Assembly: GCA_028534125.1 (NCBI GenBank)
Contig: CM052816.1
Span: 32,056,001-32,120,000, forward strand
Direction: 5' to 3'
Length of the DNA stretch: 64,000 bases
From: Lama glama
Taxonomy: Eukaryota
The notes below the pieces were generated by a model, which did not search any database, was not told the origin of the DNA, and was given only the letters and a program-made list of their open reading frames with translations. The first letter of the stretch is position 1. Every line of letters starts with the position of its first letter. Shown piece by piece: positions 1 to 13,258 of this stretch. The position numbers and the translations under genes are program-made.

Positions 1-532
1 AAATATTATTCAGCTATAAAGAAGAAGGAAATTCTGCCATTTGTGACAACATCAAAAGACCCTGAGAGCATTATGTTAAGTGAAATAAGTCAGACAGAAA
101 AAGACAAATACAGTATGATCTCCCTTATATGTGGAATCTAAAAAAAAACCCCAAGACAACAAACTCATAAATACAGTGAACAGATTGGTGGTTGTCAGAG
201 GTAAGGGGGTAGGGGTGAATGAAATGGGTGAAGGTAGTCAAAGGGTACAAACTTCTAGTTGTAAGGTAAATAACTCTGGGGATATAACTCCTAGGGATAC
301 AGCATGGTGACTATAGTTAGCAATACTGTATTACATATTTGAAAGTTGCTAAGAGGGTACATCTTAAAAGTTCTCACCACAAGAAAAAAAAATGTGTAAC
401 TATGTGTGGTAACAGATGTTAACCAAACTTACTGTGATGATCATTTTGCACTATATACATACAACAAACCATTATGTTGTACAACTGAAATTAATACAAT
501 CTTATATGTCAATTATATCTCAATTAAAAAAA
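1..532 (+). mobile_element. Old L1 (L1MA/MB-type) ORF2 end and 3' UTR with A-tail
   Basis: tattcagctataaagaagaaggaaattctgccatttgtgacaaca...gtcaattatatctcaattaaaaaaaa, followed by a GA-rich simple repeat to about 600. Confidence 0.9.
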
Positions 533-773
533 AGGAGAAAGAAAGAAAAGAAAGAAAGGGAGGAAGGAAGAGAACGAGGGAGGGAGGGTGGGCGAGAGAG
601 ACAGTGAGTGATTCTGGAGCAGTGAGCAGTGAGCCTCCCTACATGAGCCAGATGGGGCTGGCATGCTGTCTTAAGGATTTCCACATAACATGGATAAAGA
701 GAAGCTTGTAAAAGCTTCAAGGTAGGGAAAAGAAAACTAAATGTGCATTCTCTTCTTGTCTCTTGTTTCTTAC

Positions 774-1310
774 CTCCTGATCTGACATCTGTAGCCAATG
801 AGCTTCAAATTTTAAGGCAAACTAAGAAAAATCAAGCTGACCTTCAAGCTTTGTGCAAAACTAAACTTTTATTTGAGATGACTACAAAGAAAATGCTCAG
901 AAATATAAAAACTAATGTTTTCACCTGATTGAATACATTTATAACTCAGTAGATTTGGCCCTGGCACTTGAACTTAGTTACCTCTAAAAACATGTGCAGA
1001 TATTTCAACCTCCTGATTTATATGCATTCATAGTTTTCTACAGAAAGCAACAAATACATGCCAATTTTGAGTAGTAAAAGGAAAACATGTTCCCTTGAAT
1101 CAAGAAGTAACTTTATTAGGCATATAAGAACTCATTAATGGAAAAATAAAGCATCCTACTTTGCTGTTAAATTGGATATCATGTTGAAAGAGAAGTTTAA
1201 AACGTGGAATCCAGCCACAGCCATGAGCATAAGGTGAAAAGAGAATGTACCACAGACAAAGGTTCTTGACTATCAATTAATTCATTTAAAAGTTCCTCAA
1301 TCTGTTCTTC
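774..1310 (-). pseudogene. Three pseudo-exons: 1251-1310 (EEQIEELLNELIDSQEPLSV), 925-1037 (KTMNAYK/RRLKYLHMFLEVTKFKCQGQIY*VINVFNQ), 774-821 (FALKFEAHWLQMSDQE)
   Basis: Acceptors cttacattttcag, tttgttgctttctgtag, cttgatttttcttag; donors GTG|gtacat, CAG|gtgaaa, GAG|gtaaga; phase-0 boundaries; one 1-nt frameshift in the 113-nt exon. Confidence 0.62.
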
Positions 1311-1399
1311 CTGAAAATGTAAGCAATTGAGACTTAATGAGTTTGTACCTTTTTTTTTTCCAACTCGCATTTATCCAGAATGTTTAGGAGGTAAGGTTG

Positions 1400-1710
1400 T
1401 TTAGCTTATATGACAGCGACTTATAATCCGCAAACACACTTCCTCCTCCTCCTGGTACACAGCTAGAATACACTCTCAGCCACTGTCAGGTGTGTTCCAC
1501 AAAAGGTTAGTGGGATTAGTGTCAGCTATTTCTAGGGCTGGCTCATAAAACTTTCCAACAGCCCATCCTCTGTGCTCTTTTATCCTTCATCAACTTCATG
1601 AAAATAAGCACAGTGCCCTTGGAAATTACATAATGAAGATGGTGGAGCCATAAGACAGAGAGAGCCCAGGTCCCTACATCAAGACTTGGAGAAAAGCAGC
1701 CTACCAATCA
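1400..1710 (+). mobile_element. MaLR (MLT1-type) LTR fragment
   Basis: cttcctcc...acagctagaatacact...aagatggtggagccataagac...cccaggtccct, typical of old MLT1. Confidence 0.55.
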
Positions 1711-2057
1711 TAGCTCAGAGGTCTGACTTTGGGTTTACTTTTTATGTCTGGTACATGGCAATTTTCTGAGCTCTGCTGTGAGTTAGAATTTTTATACTCT
1801 ACTTTGTTCAGCATTTCTATGTAACTGCAGTAGCAGAACATTAGACATTAGTTAGCTCAATCCACCATGTCCCTGGAACCAGAACTATATTAATGATGTG
1901 CATATTATTAGTACCCTGGTAAGTAGCAGGACTGATACTTTAAGGGGTAGTTTTGGATCTTGCAATGCTTCTTGTCATAATTATAACCTATCATGTTTCA
2001 TTGTATTGATCATAGTTGAACTCTCTGCTTGATTGTTGGACGACTTGGGTTTCTTAC

Positions 2058-2143
2058 CCTCACAAACACTGTGGATTGGCCTGATCATAGGAATGAGTCT
2101 ACCCTGTATGTGCCCCGACCTTGGGGGAAAGGAGCACCTCTAT
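2058..2143 (-). pseudogene. Pseudo-exon (86 nt) DRGAPFPQGRGTYRVDSFL*SGQSTVFVR
   Basis: Acceptor ttatattatgctccag, donor AGG|gtaaga; phase 1->0 matches both neighbours. Confidence 0.58.
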
Positions 2144-2329
2144 CTGGAGCATAATATAATCAAGTGATCTGTCCAACCTTTCTGAGTGGGATATACTCTT
2201 TTAAAAAACTGTAACATTACTTGTTAACTTGCAAAAGAGGGGGAAATTGCACAAGAAATAGTGTTGGCATATAGGAAAAATGGCAGAATGGAGGGTGGTC
2301 AAGCAAGAGAGGAATTGCTCTACAGGAGG

Positions 2330-2565
2330 GTATAATCATGGTACAACTAGAAGTTAGACATTGTAGATTCACTACCTACCAGCTGTTTAACCTTGGGCAA
2401 GTTTACTAAACTTTTCTGAACATCAGTTTTCATATCTGTGAATACAGAATGATAATATTAGCTATCTCGTAAGCTGTTATTTGGGTGAGATAATACATGT
2501 AAATTACTGAATATGGAATCTGGAACAAAACAAGGACTGGATATATGCTAATTATTATTATTTAA
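2330..2565 (+). mobile_element. MIR SINE
   Basis: Core agctgtttaaccttgggcaagtttactaaacttttctgaacatcagttttcatatctgtgaa. Confidence 0.85.
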
Positions 2566-4063
2566 AATTACTCTAGAAGTAAAGGGGAGGCAAAATGGCA
2601 AATGTGGTTGGCTGCCAGAAGCACTAAAAAGGCACCTTGCCAGGCCTCCTTGGAGCATAAGCCTGTCATTATCCAAACGTCCACTGACTCTGACTTAGCT
2701 GACTCTGGACGGTTGAGTCCAGCTCCTCCTGTGGAATTAAGAGCCATGAAAGCCCACAAGGTCATGGTGGCAAAACTGGGCCAACTCAACCCTTCGGGCC
2801 CTCCACACCACTATTGGGTAATGGTCACCATGGTTCACTATCAACCAGTCACCACCACTTTTTGAAAGACACAGAAACCCTATGATTCCATCTCTAGTGC
2901 CAGGGTCAAGAGTCACACACACAGAAATCTGCTCTGAGTTCTTTAGATAACTTCCAGAAGCCGCTTTGAGAAGACCCAGCCTTTGGCTTTGAAGAACATC
3001 TTTTTGTCTCTTAACAGATGCTGTTCTAATGAAACTTGGTCATTGGTGCCTTTAGGTGCACAGTAGGGACTCAAAAAGTGACAGTTATTATTGTGACTCA
3101 TTTCTTTAGTCACTATGCTATCTATTTAAAGTCTTTATTTTCATTTTCATAGGATTTCAAACATCCTGGCAACAGTAATTTTGTGTTTTGCCCAAATTCC
3201 ACGAAGTTTAAAATTCTTAATACTAATGAGATTTATGAGTCACTCCCTGGCAGAATCTGCAGCTTTTAGCATCTCTAGTCTTAGAAAAATGACCCAGAAC
3301 AAGATGCAAAGTTGAAAAGTAACAAGTGATCAGTTTCAGAAGAAGCTGCTGAAGTAGAACAAATAAAGGGAGAGAGTTTCTGGTTACATAAGTGATGGAG
3401 TATTTGGAGAAATGAGACATCGGGAGTAGCATTTCTACATCTAAATAGATATCCTTCTCAATACTTATCCTGTGGCCCTGCCTGACCTCTGTTTTCCGTT
3501 AGTCCACTGGGTGGTCTTGACTTGACAGACCCATACAAGTTTCCTTGTTCTCCTCACTCTTGGGCAGGCCCATTACATTAGAGACTGTAGCAAAGCAGAT
3601 TTGGAAACTGATCTCTGGACTGACAAGAGGAGCCTGAACTGCCTCTTCTTTTTTGATTCCTGTTGTATCAATCACAAATACAAACATTTACCCACATTCT
3701 CTGGAGCGCAAAGACAAGGAGCCAGACCAGAAGGAAATGAGACTATAGCCTTAGGAAGATATTTTCCCATCTTTTCTCACTTCTCTTCTCTGGTCTCTGA
3801 GTTCTGAGTGTGAGCTATGAAAAGAGAGATGGACTATACTTACTCTAACGCCTGAAGGTAGGGCAGGGGATGAGTAGGGACAGAGGCATCCCTGGAAGTC
3901 CTGGTTAGTTCTGGAATGGCCTTTTTCAGCAAAGTAAGCTAGATAAACTCTTGTTCAGTAATCCACACAAATCCAGCTTTGCCCCATTGCCTTGACTCGA
4001 TGGTAAGGTAGCTGAGCCCTAGTCAGCAGGACTTTCCCAGAGGGCCATTAAAAGTGGAAGATT

Positions 4064-4502
4064 TGCAACAACATGGGTGGACCTGGAGATTGTCATACTA
4101 AATAAAGTAAACCAGACAGAGAAAGAAAAATACCATATGATATCACTTATATGTAGAATCCAAAAAAAAAAGACAAAAATGAACTTATTTACAAAACAGA
4201 AATAGACTCACAGATATAGAAAACAAACTTATGGTTACCAGGGGAGAAAGTGGGGGGCAGGTGGAGGGATAAATTGGGAGTTTGGGATTTGCAGATACTA
4301 ACTACTATATATAAAATAGATAAACAACAAGGTCCTACTGTAGAGCACAGGGAACCATATTCAATATTTTGTGATAGCCTATAATGAAAAAGAATACTAA
4401 AAGGAATATATATAGGTATAACCGAATCGCTATGGTGTACACCAGAAATTAATACATTATAAACCAACTATACTTCAATAAAAAAGCTTCATTAGTATAA
4501 AA
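4064..4502 (+). mobile_element. 5'-truncated artiodactyl-type L1 3' end with a 14-bp TSD
   Basis: caacatgggtggacctggagattgtcatact...tatacttcaataaaaaa; TSD aaaagtggaagatt at 4050-4063 and 4503-4516. Confidence 0.92.
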
Positions 4503-5794
4503 AAAAGTGGAAGATTCGATTCTACTGCTTAGTAACTGTAATAGTGAGAAATTATTATCCGAAACATTTCACACTGACATCTTGACATAGCATTCAAGAT
4601 GAATGACATCATACTATATCTTGGCATAAATCAATAGTATAGTATTATCCTTACATCCATATTGTGACTTGGGAACCAACGCAAATTATAAAGTATTAGA
4701 GATAAAGAAATTCCCCTGCTTCATAAATGCTGCTAGGACTGACCTTTACAGGTCGACTTTCATTCTAGTCATCACTACTGTGATACAGACAGAAAGGATA
4801 ACTGGAATAAAACCTACCCAGACTGAATGCAAAAGGTTTCTGATTACATCTTTAGCTCTAGTGCTTTGGACAAAGATATGAAGAAGACAGTGGGCCCCCA
4901 ATAGGTCCCATGAGCAGTCCCCCAGACAACACCACTGCCCTCAACATTGTTTCACACAGCTCTCGAAGGGCTTTCCTCCCTCACTGAAAAGGCAATTAAG
5001 CAGAGCTTCACCAAAGACCATGAGGAACTACTGGGCTTCCTCCCATGGCATCCACCCTTGGACAACAAATGACTAATTAAGATTAATTTCTAGCTTACAT
5101 AATGCCCTTTGCACAAGAATATGTTTGCACTCTAGAATATTGACACTGGCAAATGGGGCCAGATTTTTGGCAGGTTATTTGGATAAACAATGCCAAGCTG
5201 GCTAACTTCCTATATTTCTCTAGTCTTTTTTGGAAAATACCTAGAACACTTTCCAAGAAATCAGTTTAGTTTAGGTCGGTCAGAGTTTATTCTGGATAAT
5301 ATTGTGTTTATGTTGCATAAGAACCTAAGTCAGGATCAACTTCTCTCCCAGACCCAAGTCAGTTAATACTGACTTAACACTTGGGCATTTTTGCTCAAGG
5401 CATGAAAGCTACTGAAGGTTCTAGGAGGAAATACAAATTGTCTTTCTGGGTGATTCAAATTGGCTATGATCTCACTAGTAACTCTGAGGCTTTGAGGGGA
5501 CTCTGACAATAAGAGAGACAGTACTATCCAAATGATTTGGAAAGCTAAGGGTTTATTAGTGTCCATCTCTTTTTTGGCTGGTGGAATCAAGTATTCTAGG
5601 AGGGGAAAGAACAAGACTGGAAACCAGTGACTGGATTTCAACCTGGTTCTTACAGATGCTAGCTAGTTAGATAGTTCAGTGGACAAGTATTCATGGCAAA
5701 TTTCAACAAAGTTAAGGCTACTTTAAATTTCTCTTCATCATAGAATGGATGCTTCTAGTCTAATAATTTAATTATTGTAATTTTGTTATTAAAT

Positions 5795-5889
5795 TTTTTT
5801 TAAATTTATTTATAATGGCACTGGGGATTGAACCTAGGATCTCATGCATGCTCAACATGCACTCTACCACTGAGTTATTACCCTCCCAC
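5795..5889 (-). mobile_element. Short tRNA-derived SINE (camelid Vic-1-like)
   Basis: ctggggattgaacctaggatctcatgcatgctcaacatgcactctaccactgagtta (reverse A/B boxes), T-rich tail on the left, flanked by tattaaa repeats. Confidence 0.8.
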
Positions 5890-6137
5890 TATTAAAATTT
5901 TTAGTTGACAAAATTGTTTTAATTTGATATTATGTTAGAGGAACAACAATTTCTTGGTACTATCAACTACCAATTGCTTCTACACTGTAAATCTGCAATA
6001 CAAGTAGTTATTTTCCAGGACAGTTCTGCTAGTCTCAGAGACTGCTAATAGTGATGTTGCCACCCAGGTATTACATGCTTTTTTTCTCTCTAGTAGTAAT
6101 TTACTAAGATAAAGACTTATCTTCTCTTATCACCTAC

Positions 6138-6377
6138 CAGAAGAAATAACTGTATTGAACCAATGCCACAAACTGAAGCTTTGGGCACAGCTTTAAGAAA
6201 ATGCTTTCTGAGTATTTTTAGAAACCAACTTCAAATTATCCTACATAGAATTAACAATTTTCACAGTCATAATGAATTATTGCAGAATAACTAATAAAAT
6301 ACTGCATACTTACAAATTGCTAGAATTTGGACATGTAAAGCACATAAGTAGATTTTCACTTTGTATCTGGATGCTTC
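6138..6377 (-). pseudogene. Two pseudo-exons, 6314-6377 (EASRYKVKIYLCALHVQILAI) and 6138-6240 (DNLKLVSKNTQKAFS*SCAQSFSLWHWFNTVISS), separated by a 73-nt intron
   Basis: Donors TTT|gtaagt and CTG|gtaggt; acceptors aaatataag and ttaattctatgtag; a 1-nt phase mismatch between the two exons. Confidence 0.55.
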
Positions 6378-7399
6378 CTTATATTTCAAAGGGAATATTC
6401 CATTATTAATAATAAACTCAACTAGTGTGTCCTGTCTGTTTAACTGCCATTACACTGGTTAGATTTTATTGTTCTATGGTGGTTCATATTATTGTTGATC
6501 AGAAATATTGTCAGAAATACTAAAAACCATAAAGGCCTTCCAAAGGCTAAGATTAAAGCCCAACTCAAAGAGAACATTTTGGTCAAATCTTTAGGTTAAT
6601 ATTAAACTGTGTAAGACTGGGCAGTTTTCCTACCTTTTGAAGCTTTCTTTTCTTCATCTGAGAAAGGGAGACATCACTCCTTCTTTCCACCTCTTGCTAG
6701 GTTGTTGTAAAGAGCTAGACAATAAATCTAAGTCCTTGATGAATGGTAAAGGTCTATGTATACACAAAGTGCTATTCTTAATTATTTCAGAAGTGCTAGC
6801 ATATCTCCTGTTACACAATCATAAGGACAGGAGCAGTGTGTTGGTGTAATTGGTACTTGTAGATGCTTTATTCCTCAAAATCTCTGTGCCAGGAACCCCA
6901 TCATTAAGCCATCCTTTGCGGTACTCAGTATGTCCCTTTCTTCCCCCAACACAACCAGCCCTCTTCCGGGCCCAACCGCCTCCTGCCCCATCTATGTAAT
7001 TAACCTCAGTAACACTCTCCCTTTCTCTGGGCCCCTGTTCGGTCCAGAACATGTCAGGACCAGATTCATTTTCCAAAAGATTTTTATCATGTCATCTTAA
7101 ACTCAAATCCTGCTCCCCACTGCATACTAGATAAAGTCTTAACTGCCTTTAAAGTTCTTTGCAGTTTGGTTCCAACCTACATTTAGAATCTTACTACTTT
7201 CGTACCCATTCCCTATGAGCCAATCAAATCTTTCATTTTCCTGTCATGTGACTTTCTGCTTTTCTGAGTCACCATCTCTCTTTACTCTGTGACTTTGACA
7301 TATAACACGCTTGTCCTCCTCTCTTGCCCACAGAATTCCTGTCCACCATTTCAAGCTTATGCCACAGTCATAGCTTATACAACACATACATGTGTGTTT

Positions 7400-9260
7400 G
7401 TAAGTAACTATCTATAAATAAATTTTGTTTCATTCCTATTATATAAACAATACAGGCTCTTTTTAAAATTAACTCAATATATAAAACTAAGAGAAAGAAA
7501 ATAAAAATTACTTGGACTCTCAATCTTGAGACAACTACTATGAACATTCTGGTGACTCCTATGTTTCTATATGTATGAATACACACATGTATTTATCTCA
7601 GTATATAAATGAGATAAAATTATACCTGCTATTTTTTATCATATTCACTTTTAGATGTAAATAAAAGTTTGATTTTGTTTTGTTTATTGCATAATTTCCT
7701 CCTTATCCTCTTCTTCCACCATTTCATCCAACAAACTCAACCAGGTACTCAGTCTTAAAAGCTTGCTGAGTATTTTCCCATGTCTTTCTTTATGCTCATG
7801 TCATCATATGTGTACTCTGTTATTAACATTCAAAGTAGACTCATAAACACATGATGGAAATTCTTCCACTTAATATAGCATTAACCTACTAAAACTTATT
7901 TTATCTCTTCACACAGCCACAAATAAATATAATTTTATATCAGTGCAGGTTTATTCTCATAGTTATACTTTTTCATGCCGTCTTTATTTACATTTTGTTC
8001 TTTTCTTTCTTTTCTTTTTTTTTTTTTGGCTTGCATTCTCTTCCTTAAAGTCATCCCTTTTGATGGCTGCATAATATTACACACACACACCACACTTTAT
8101 TTCCCTGCTGATAGCTATTCATTTTGTTTCCAGATTTTTTTTCACTGAAACAATACTACAGTAACAATGTATGTGTATGCTTGATTTTAATTTGATGGAT
8201 TAGATTTCTAAGTCAAAGGAAACACATATCCTTAATTTTAATCATATTAACAAATTGCTTCTAAAAAGGCTGTAGAATTCGTATTTCCAGTAGCAATGCA
8301 TGTATGAGAATGTTGTCTCCTCATCTTTATAAATTAATCTGAGTCTTATCTGAAAGTTAATGTAATTCTCATTGCTGTTTTAATTTGCATTTCTATGTAT
8401 ACAGCAGAGGATGAGAATCTCTTCATATATATAATGATCATTTGGATTTCCTCTTATGTGAATTGCTTATTCTTACCCTTGCTCACATTTATACTGGGTT
8501 ATCTTTTTCTAACTAATATGTAAAAGCAATTTGCATGTTACTGTAGTAGGCAGCCTTCCAAAAAGTCTCCCAGTGACTTTGCATCCTGGTATTCATGCTC
8601 TTGTGTAATCCCTTCCTCTGAGTGTCGGCTGGACCTAGTGATTTGCCTCTAAAGATTAGTATACAGCAAAAGTGATGCGATACCACTTCTGTGATTAGGT
8701 TACAGAGACCATGACTTCCACTTTGCTAGTACTCTCTCTATGGCTCTTCTCATATGCTTGCTTAGATGAAGAGGACCACCTGGCATGCAACTGAGGTGGC
8801 CTGCATGCAACTGAGGTGGCCCCCATCCAACAGCCCATAAGAAACTGAGGCCCTTATTTCAACATTTCTCAAGGAAATGAATCCTAAAAACATCCACATA
8901 AGCTTGGTAGCAGATTTTTCCCCATTCAGGCCTTCAGATGAAACTGCAGCCTGCCTGACATCTCAACTGGAGCTTTGTGAGGAACCCTAAAGCAGAGGAC
9001 CCAGTTAGTTTGTGCCCAGATTTCTAACCCACAGAATCTGAGTCACAAATGTGTATTATTTTAAGCTGCTAAGTTTGGGGGTCATTTATTTTGTAGATTT
9101 AAATAACCAATACAATTAGTTATGCTAAATTTTCATTGGATTATATATATTGCAAATATGCTTCCTGATTTTTTATTTATTTACTGACTCTGTTTATGAT
9201 ATCTTTTTCCATGAGGATTAAACATTTTATATAATTTAATGTGTCCATTCTTCTCATGGC
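7400..9260 (-). mobile_element. Degenerate ancient L1 (L1ME-like) fragments interrupted by an MLT1 LTR
   Basis: ctcattgctgttttaatttgcatttct..., tcatttggatttcctcttatgtgaattgc, tattgcaaatat motifs. Confidence 0.65.
8542..9114 (+). mobile_element. MaLR MLT1 solo LTR
   Basis: tg...ctggtattcatgctcttgtgtaatccc...ttttaagctgctaagtttggggg...aataca; internal 20-bp tandem duplication at 8783-8821. Confidence 0.85.
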
Positions 9261-9907
9261 TTTTAGATTTGATGGAGTGTTAGGGGTAGGGTCAGGGTTA
9301 GAGTTGGGTTATTAGTTTACTCTAACTTGCTAAGGATGTAAGTAGTGTAAACATGTTAGCTACAGGTTTTGTTCAAAATAAGTTCTTTTCCTAGATTTCA
9401 GGTTAGCAAAAAGTTTCCCAGTTATTCTCTAGTTCTTGCTTTCTACTGTAATTTTAAAAAATTAGATAAACATCTTTAGGTGCATTTATTAGGTAATAAA
9501 GTAAGTCACTTTCTCCTGGAAAACAGTATTACTCTCTATGTTGTAGCTGGTCACAGCATACATAGGGGGGTTAAGTTATAAAGTCAAAGAGCAAAGTGAT
9601 AATTATGTTTTCTCAAAGTAACCCTTGAGAATTCCTTAAGTTGAACATAGAGTAGAATATAGGTGGTTTGGTATGTATGTGCCCCTCAACGGCAGCATGT
9701 ATATATCCATGTGTAAAATATATAGTAATCAGGAGGACACAAAGTGTACACATGCAAAATATAACTCTACAGTATTTTTAATTATGGGATAGCAAGGTAA
9801 GGAAAAAGAAGCATTTAACAAGGTGGGGTGAGGAATAATGATGCTGAATACTCACCAGGCATCCTGGATATTCTTGCCTGGCTCTGATGGTAATAATGTT
9901 GACTCAC

Positions 9908-9946
9908 CGCAATTACTGATGCCGACAATAGTGATGAGTTCAGCGT
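9908..9946 (-). pseudogene. Pseudo-exon (39 nt) TLNSSLLSASVIA
   Basis: Acceptor tcattatctcattcctcatcacacag, donor GCG|gtgagt; phase 0->0. Confidence 0.62.
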
Positions 9947-10142
9947 CTGTGTGATGAGGAATGAGATAATGAAGACGGGTGTTCTACACACTCCAGGGAT
10001 TCGTGTTCCTCCTCCCCAACAACACTGTTACAGGTCATATGAGCAGTGAAGAGACTGCCAGGCAGAATTGTTCATAATACTTAAATCGTTATTTTCTCAG
10101 CACTCACTTTTGTTCCTGTTCTCTCTTTAGAGGCTTATATAC

Positions 10143-10270
10143 CATTGATTTCATGGAAGTCGAATACACATTTATGCTTTTCCAGTGTATTGGGTTTGAG
10201 GAGTTCAGCTGACTCCAAATAATAGTTGGCTGACTGATTTCAGTGTTGGTGGCATCAATGGGGTTGCATC
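10143..10270 (-). pseudogene. Pseudo-exon (128 nt) GCNPIDATNTEISQPTIIWSQLNSSNPIHWKSINVYSTSMKSM
   Basis: Acceptor tttgtgatttttcacgtcgtag, donor ATG|gtatat; open frame, phase 1->0. Confidence 0.6.
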
Positions 10271-10476
10271 CTACGACGTGAAAAATCACAAAACTCACTT
10301 ATGGTAGACAGTAATTGGTGGGGAATTTGCTTTTGTTGTTTGTTTTATTTTGTTTGGTTTTAATTTCTACTCAGTAGGAGGGAAACTGATTTATACTTTA
10401 TGGTTATACATGGAAACCTGAATTAATTGATATTATATTGCTACAATAACTTATCCCAGGATTTTTTTTTTTTTAC

Positions 10477-10641
10477 CTCTTATGAATTAGCATGCTAGGC
10501 TGCTGCCCATGTGACCTGAAGATGAGGCAACAGTCAATGCAAGGTCCCTGAGATGTGGATATGTGATGCAATGGATAAAACCTATGGAACATCTGATCTT
10601 TCATAGGAGCAGGGCCTCCTTTCCAAATGTTAGGAGCAAAG
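10477..10641 (-). pseudogene. Pseudo-exon (165 nt) ALLLTFGKEALLL*KIRCSIGFIHCITYPHLRDLALTVASSSGHMGSSLAC*FIR
   Basis: Acceptor ctctcatatccctttccag, donor GAG|gtaaaa; phase 1->1. Confidence 0.62.
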
Positions 10642-11420
10642 CTGGAAAGGGATATGAGAGCTGGTTGGTGTAGAGATTTGGAGAGTTCCAATTTGATGAT
10701 GTAAGTGAGAGAGGGAGAAGTTTGGGGAGAATTTTCAGGAGAAATGGGAATGTGAATTGACCAGAGAAGCACAGAAGATGGCCAGACTGTTCCACTTCTA
10801 AACAGCTGAAGATGGGGACCCTACTTTTCAGGAGACAACAATCTGTCCAGAGTGGGGACTTTCTATAGTCATGTAGGAAGGAGCCAGAGGAGGCCTTTAT
10901 CTCAGGAGAAAATATTTAGGAAGGACAATAACAGAAACCTGAGGGGAGAATAAACTTACAAAGACTAAGGAGTTAAAATATGAAGATAAGGTTGACAAGA
11001 AGTGAAAAGAATACATTCCTAAGGCACTGGGGCCAGGCCATGGGTGTTGAGGCCCTGAGGGTCCTGATCAAGTGGAGCCCCAGTGATCGTAAAGCTGCAC
11101 GTATCAGTGTAACCAAGAGCAGCTTAATTTTATGCTGAGAACTTATATCAGAAATTCTTACAGCCTGTTGCCCTAGGTTCTTCCTACTGGAAATGTTAGT
11201 CAGGAATTTTATGACCCCAAATTGTGGTTTCTGTTGTACTTTTGAACACAGAGAAGGCTAAGCCACAACAGGGTAACTTGAGGGGGAAGAGTCCTATTTC
11301 CTCATGAGAACAGAGGGGCCTGTAACGAGTGGTCCACTTCTACTTTACACAGCATTTTAACAGGTTAAGTCATGCCCCAAGCAAGTTCCCAGGGAAGAGA
11401 GCCATGGCTGTGTGACTCAC

Positions 11421-11463
11421 CCGGGAAAAGCTGATGCCAGGCATGCTGGAACAGACGTCTCAC
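11421..11463 (-). pseudogene. Pseudo-exon (43 nt) VRRLFQHAWHQLFP
   Basis: Acceptor ctgaccattgtctgtag, donor CGG|gtgagt; phase 0->1. Confidence 0.62.
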
Positions 11464-11639
11464 CTACAGACAATGGTCAGTATATTCCAGCCAAGACTCA
11501 GGAAAGACATGTGAAGAAGACCTCTACTTCCCTTGGCCCAGAACACAGAAGTCAATAAACATCTTTACTTTTAATAGATGGAAACCAGGAAACCAGGTAC
11601 TAGCTTTAATTCTGACACTTACTTTCTATGGGACTGAGA

Positions 11640-11985
11640 GAAAGTTCTTTCACTGAGAGGCTAAGTGATACAATGGTTTCGTTCTTAGACTCTATAAAGT
11701 CTCACTCCCTGAGTCCGATCTACCATCTCCGTATATTATAATAGCTATGTGACGATGGGACAGTTATTTAAGCACTTGTGTCCTGATTTACTCATCGACA
11801 GAAACCAGAAATAATAATATGGGTTGTAGGCACGAAGTGAGATCGTACTTGCTAAAGCACAGGGCTTGGTGCAAAATAAGCTTTCACTAGAAGTTGACTC
11901 TTGCACAGACCTGTTTTGTCTTCTGTAAAATGAAGTTTTGGGACTCATATCGTTTCCAACTCTGAAGCTCTATGATTCTGTGATG
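11640..11985 (+). mobile_element. MIR/MIR3 fragments
   Basis: tgtgacgatgggacagttatttaagc...tcctgatttactcatc, and ctgtaaaatg...ttccaactctgaagctctatgattctg. Confidence 0.65.
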
Positions 11986-12015
11986 GAAATGAATTTTGGT
12001 TATTGTTTCATAGCT

Positions 12016-12236
12016 AGGGTCAGCAAACGTTTTCTGTAAAGATCTAAGTAGCAATATTTTTGGCTTTTCCTGTTATCCAGTCTTGATCATGACTGCCCAA
12101 CTCTGACACTGTAATGTGAAAAGAGCCATATACAATATTTAAAAGAACAGGCATGGCTGTCTTCCAACAAAACATTATTGACAAAACTAAGCCATGGCCT
12201 AGATTTGGTCCAAGGGAAGCAGTGTGCTGAACTCTG
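12016..12236. mobile_element. MER58A-like hAT-Charlie DNA transposon
   Basis: agggtcagcaaac-ttttctgtaaag...ccaacaaaacattattgacaaaa...gatttggtcc...tgctgaactctg. Confidence 0.8.
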
Positions 12237-12804
12237 TTCTAGAGAATAAAAAACTATGGAGAAAAGAAGTGAAAAGCAATCTGGGACAGAAAAAGGACAT
12301 AGGAAATCACATACTGCAAAACTGTGTAAGTTTATGGCACATTTATTTAGTTCAAAAACCTTTTTTGTGTTGAGCATATGAAAGAAAGCAGATGTTCCAC
12401 AACAAAGGTGGATAATAGAAATACAATCAACAGCTTTCACGAGCTTAAACTTATAAATATTTAACCAGCATAAATATGTAAAGTAAGTGAAACGCAAAAC
12501 AGTGCCTCAGAAATTACTGTTTGCTATGATTTGAATGAAGACAAAAAGGTAGCAATCATGCAGAAAGCATGAGAAGCCTAGGTTGCAGCAAAAAGCTAAT
12601 GTTGTTTTTGAGTCCATAATTGAGGAGACAGTTATGCATTAAACTGGCTCAAACACTTGCAGGGTGATTGCTCAACCTTCAAATCACATTTGATCTGATC
12701 TGGTCATCTGAATATTACAATGACTGGATTGTGGGCTGTTTTCCTGATTAAATTGGCTCAGTGACTAACCACTCAGCAATTAGGCCATCATGGCACCTGG
12801 ATAC

Positions 12805-12858
12805 CTTAACAAAGAATATCAGACTCTATGGTAGTCATATTGTACCTGTGAGCACAAC
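12805..12858 (-). pseudogene. Pseudo-exon (54 nt) VVLTGTI*LP*SLIFFVK
   Basis: Very strong acceptor cttctttttctctccttgccttaatttcag; weaker donor AAG|gtatcc. Confidence 0.55.
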
Positions 12859-13258
12859 CTGAAATTAAGGCAAGGAGAGAAAAAGAAGAAAAACACAATG
12901 AATAAAAAAAGAGACACAACAAGAAAGGAACAAATGAAGAGATTGTGATGGAACAGCACAGATGAGCCCAAAAGCCTCAGGGAAACATTCACTTGGGGGA
13001 ACTGTGGGAAATCACACACTGTAGCAACTACCACTCCCATCCATACATCCAGTGTAGACATCCCTGTTCCCCAGGCCCTTCCACAGGTGTCTTTATGTCA
13101 CAACTGCCTTTCTCCTCTTTTCCAGGTCTCTCCTAGGTGGTTCTCTTAACTAGATTTTATGCATTTATAAAAGAGCAAACAGGATAATATTTGAGCAAAT
13201 AATTGACTTGCAGTATTTTTCCACCTTCTTATTTCAAGCATTCTAATAGTTTGCTTAC

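Noticed and set aside
5099..5131. 33-nt exon-like segment (SANIFLCKGHY)
   Set aside because: Weak acceptor, and the neighbouring exons already join at the DRGAP motif without it.
9931..9960. Two RTGATGA (snoRNA C-box-like) motifs
   Set aside because: No convincing D box with terminal stem; explained by the minus-strand exon and acceptor sequence.
9908..11463. Resemblance to ENPP1/ENPP3 nuclease-like domain exons (sizes 43/165/128; DATPLMPPT; HKCVF)
   Set aside because: Requires extra frameshifts, and the downstream exon number and sizes do not fit.
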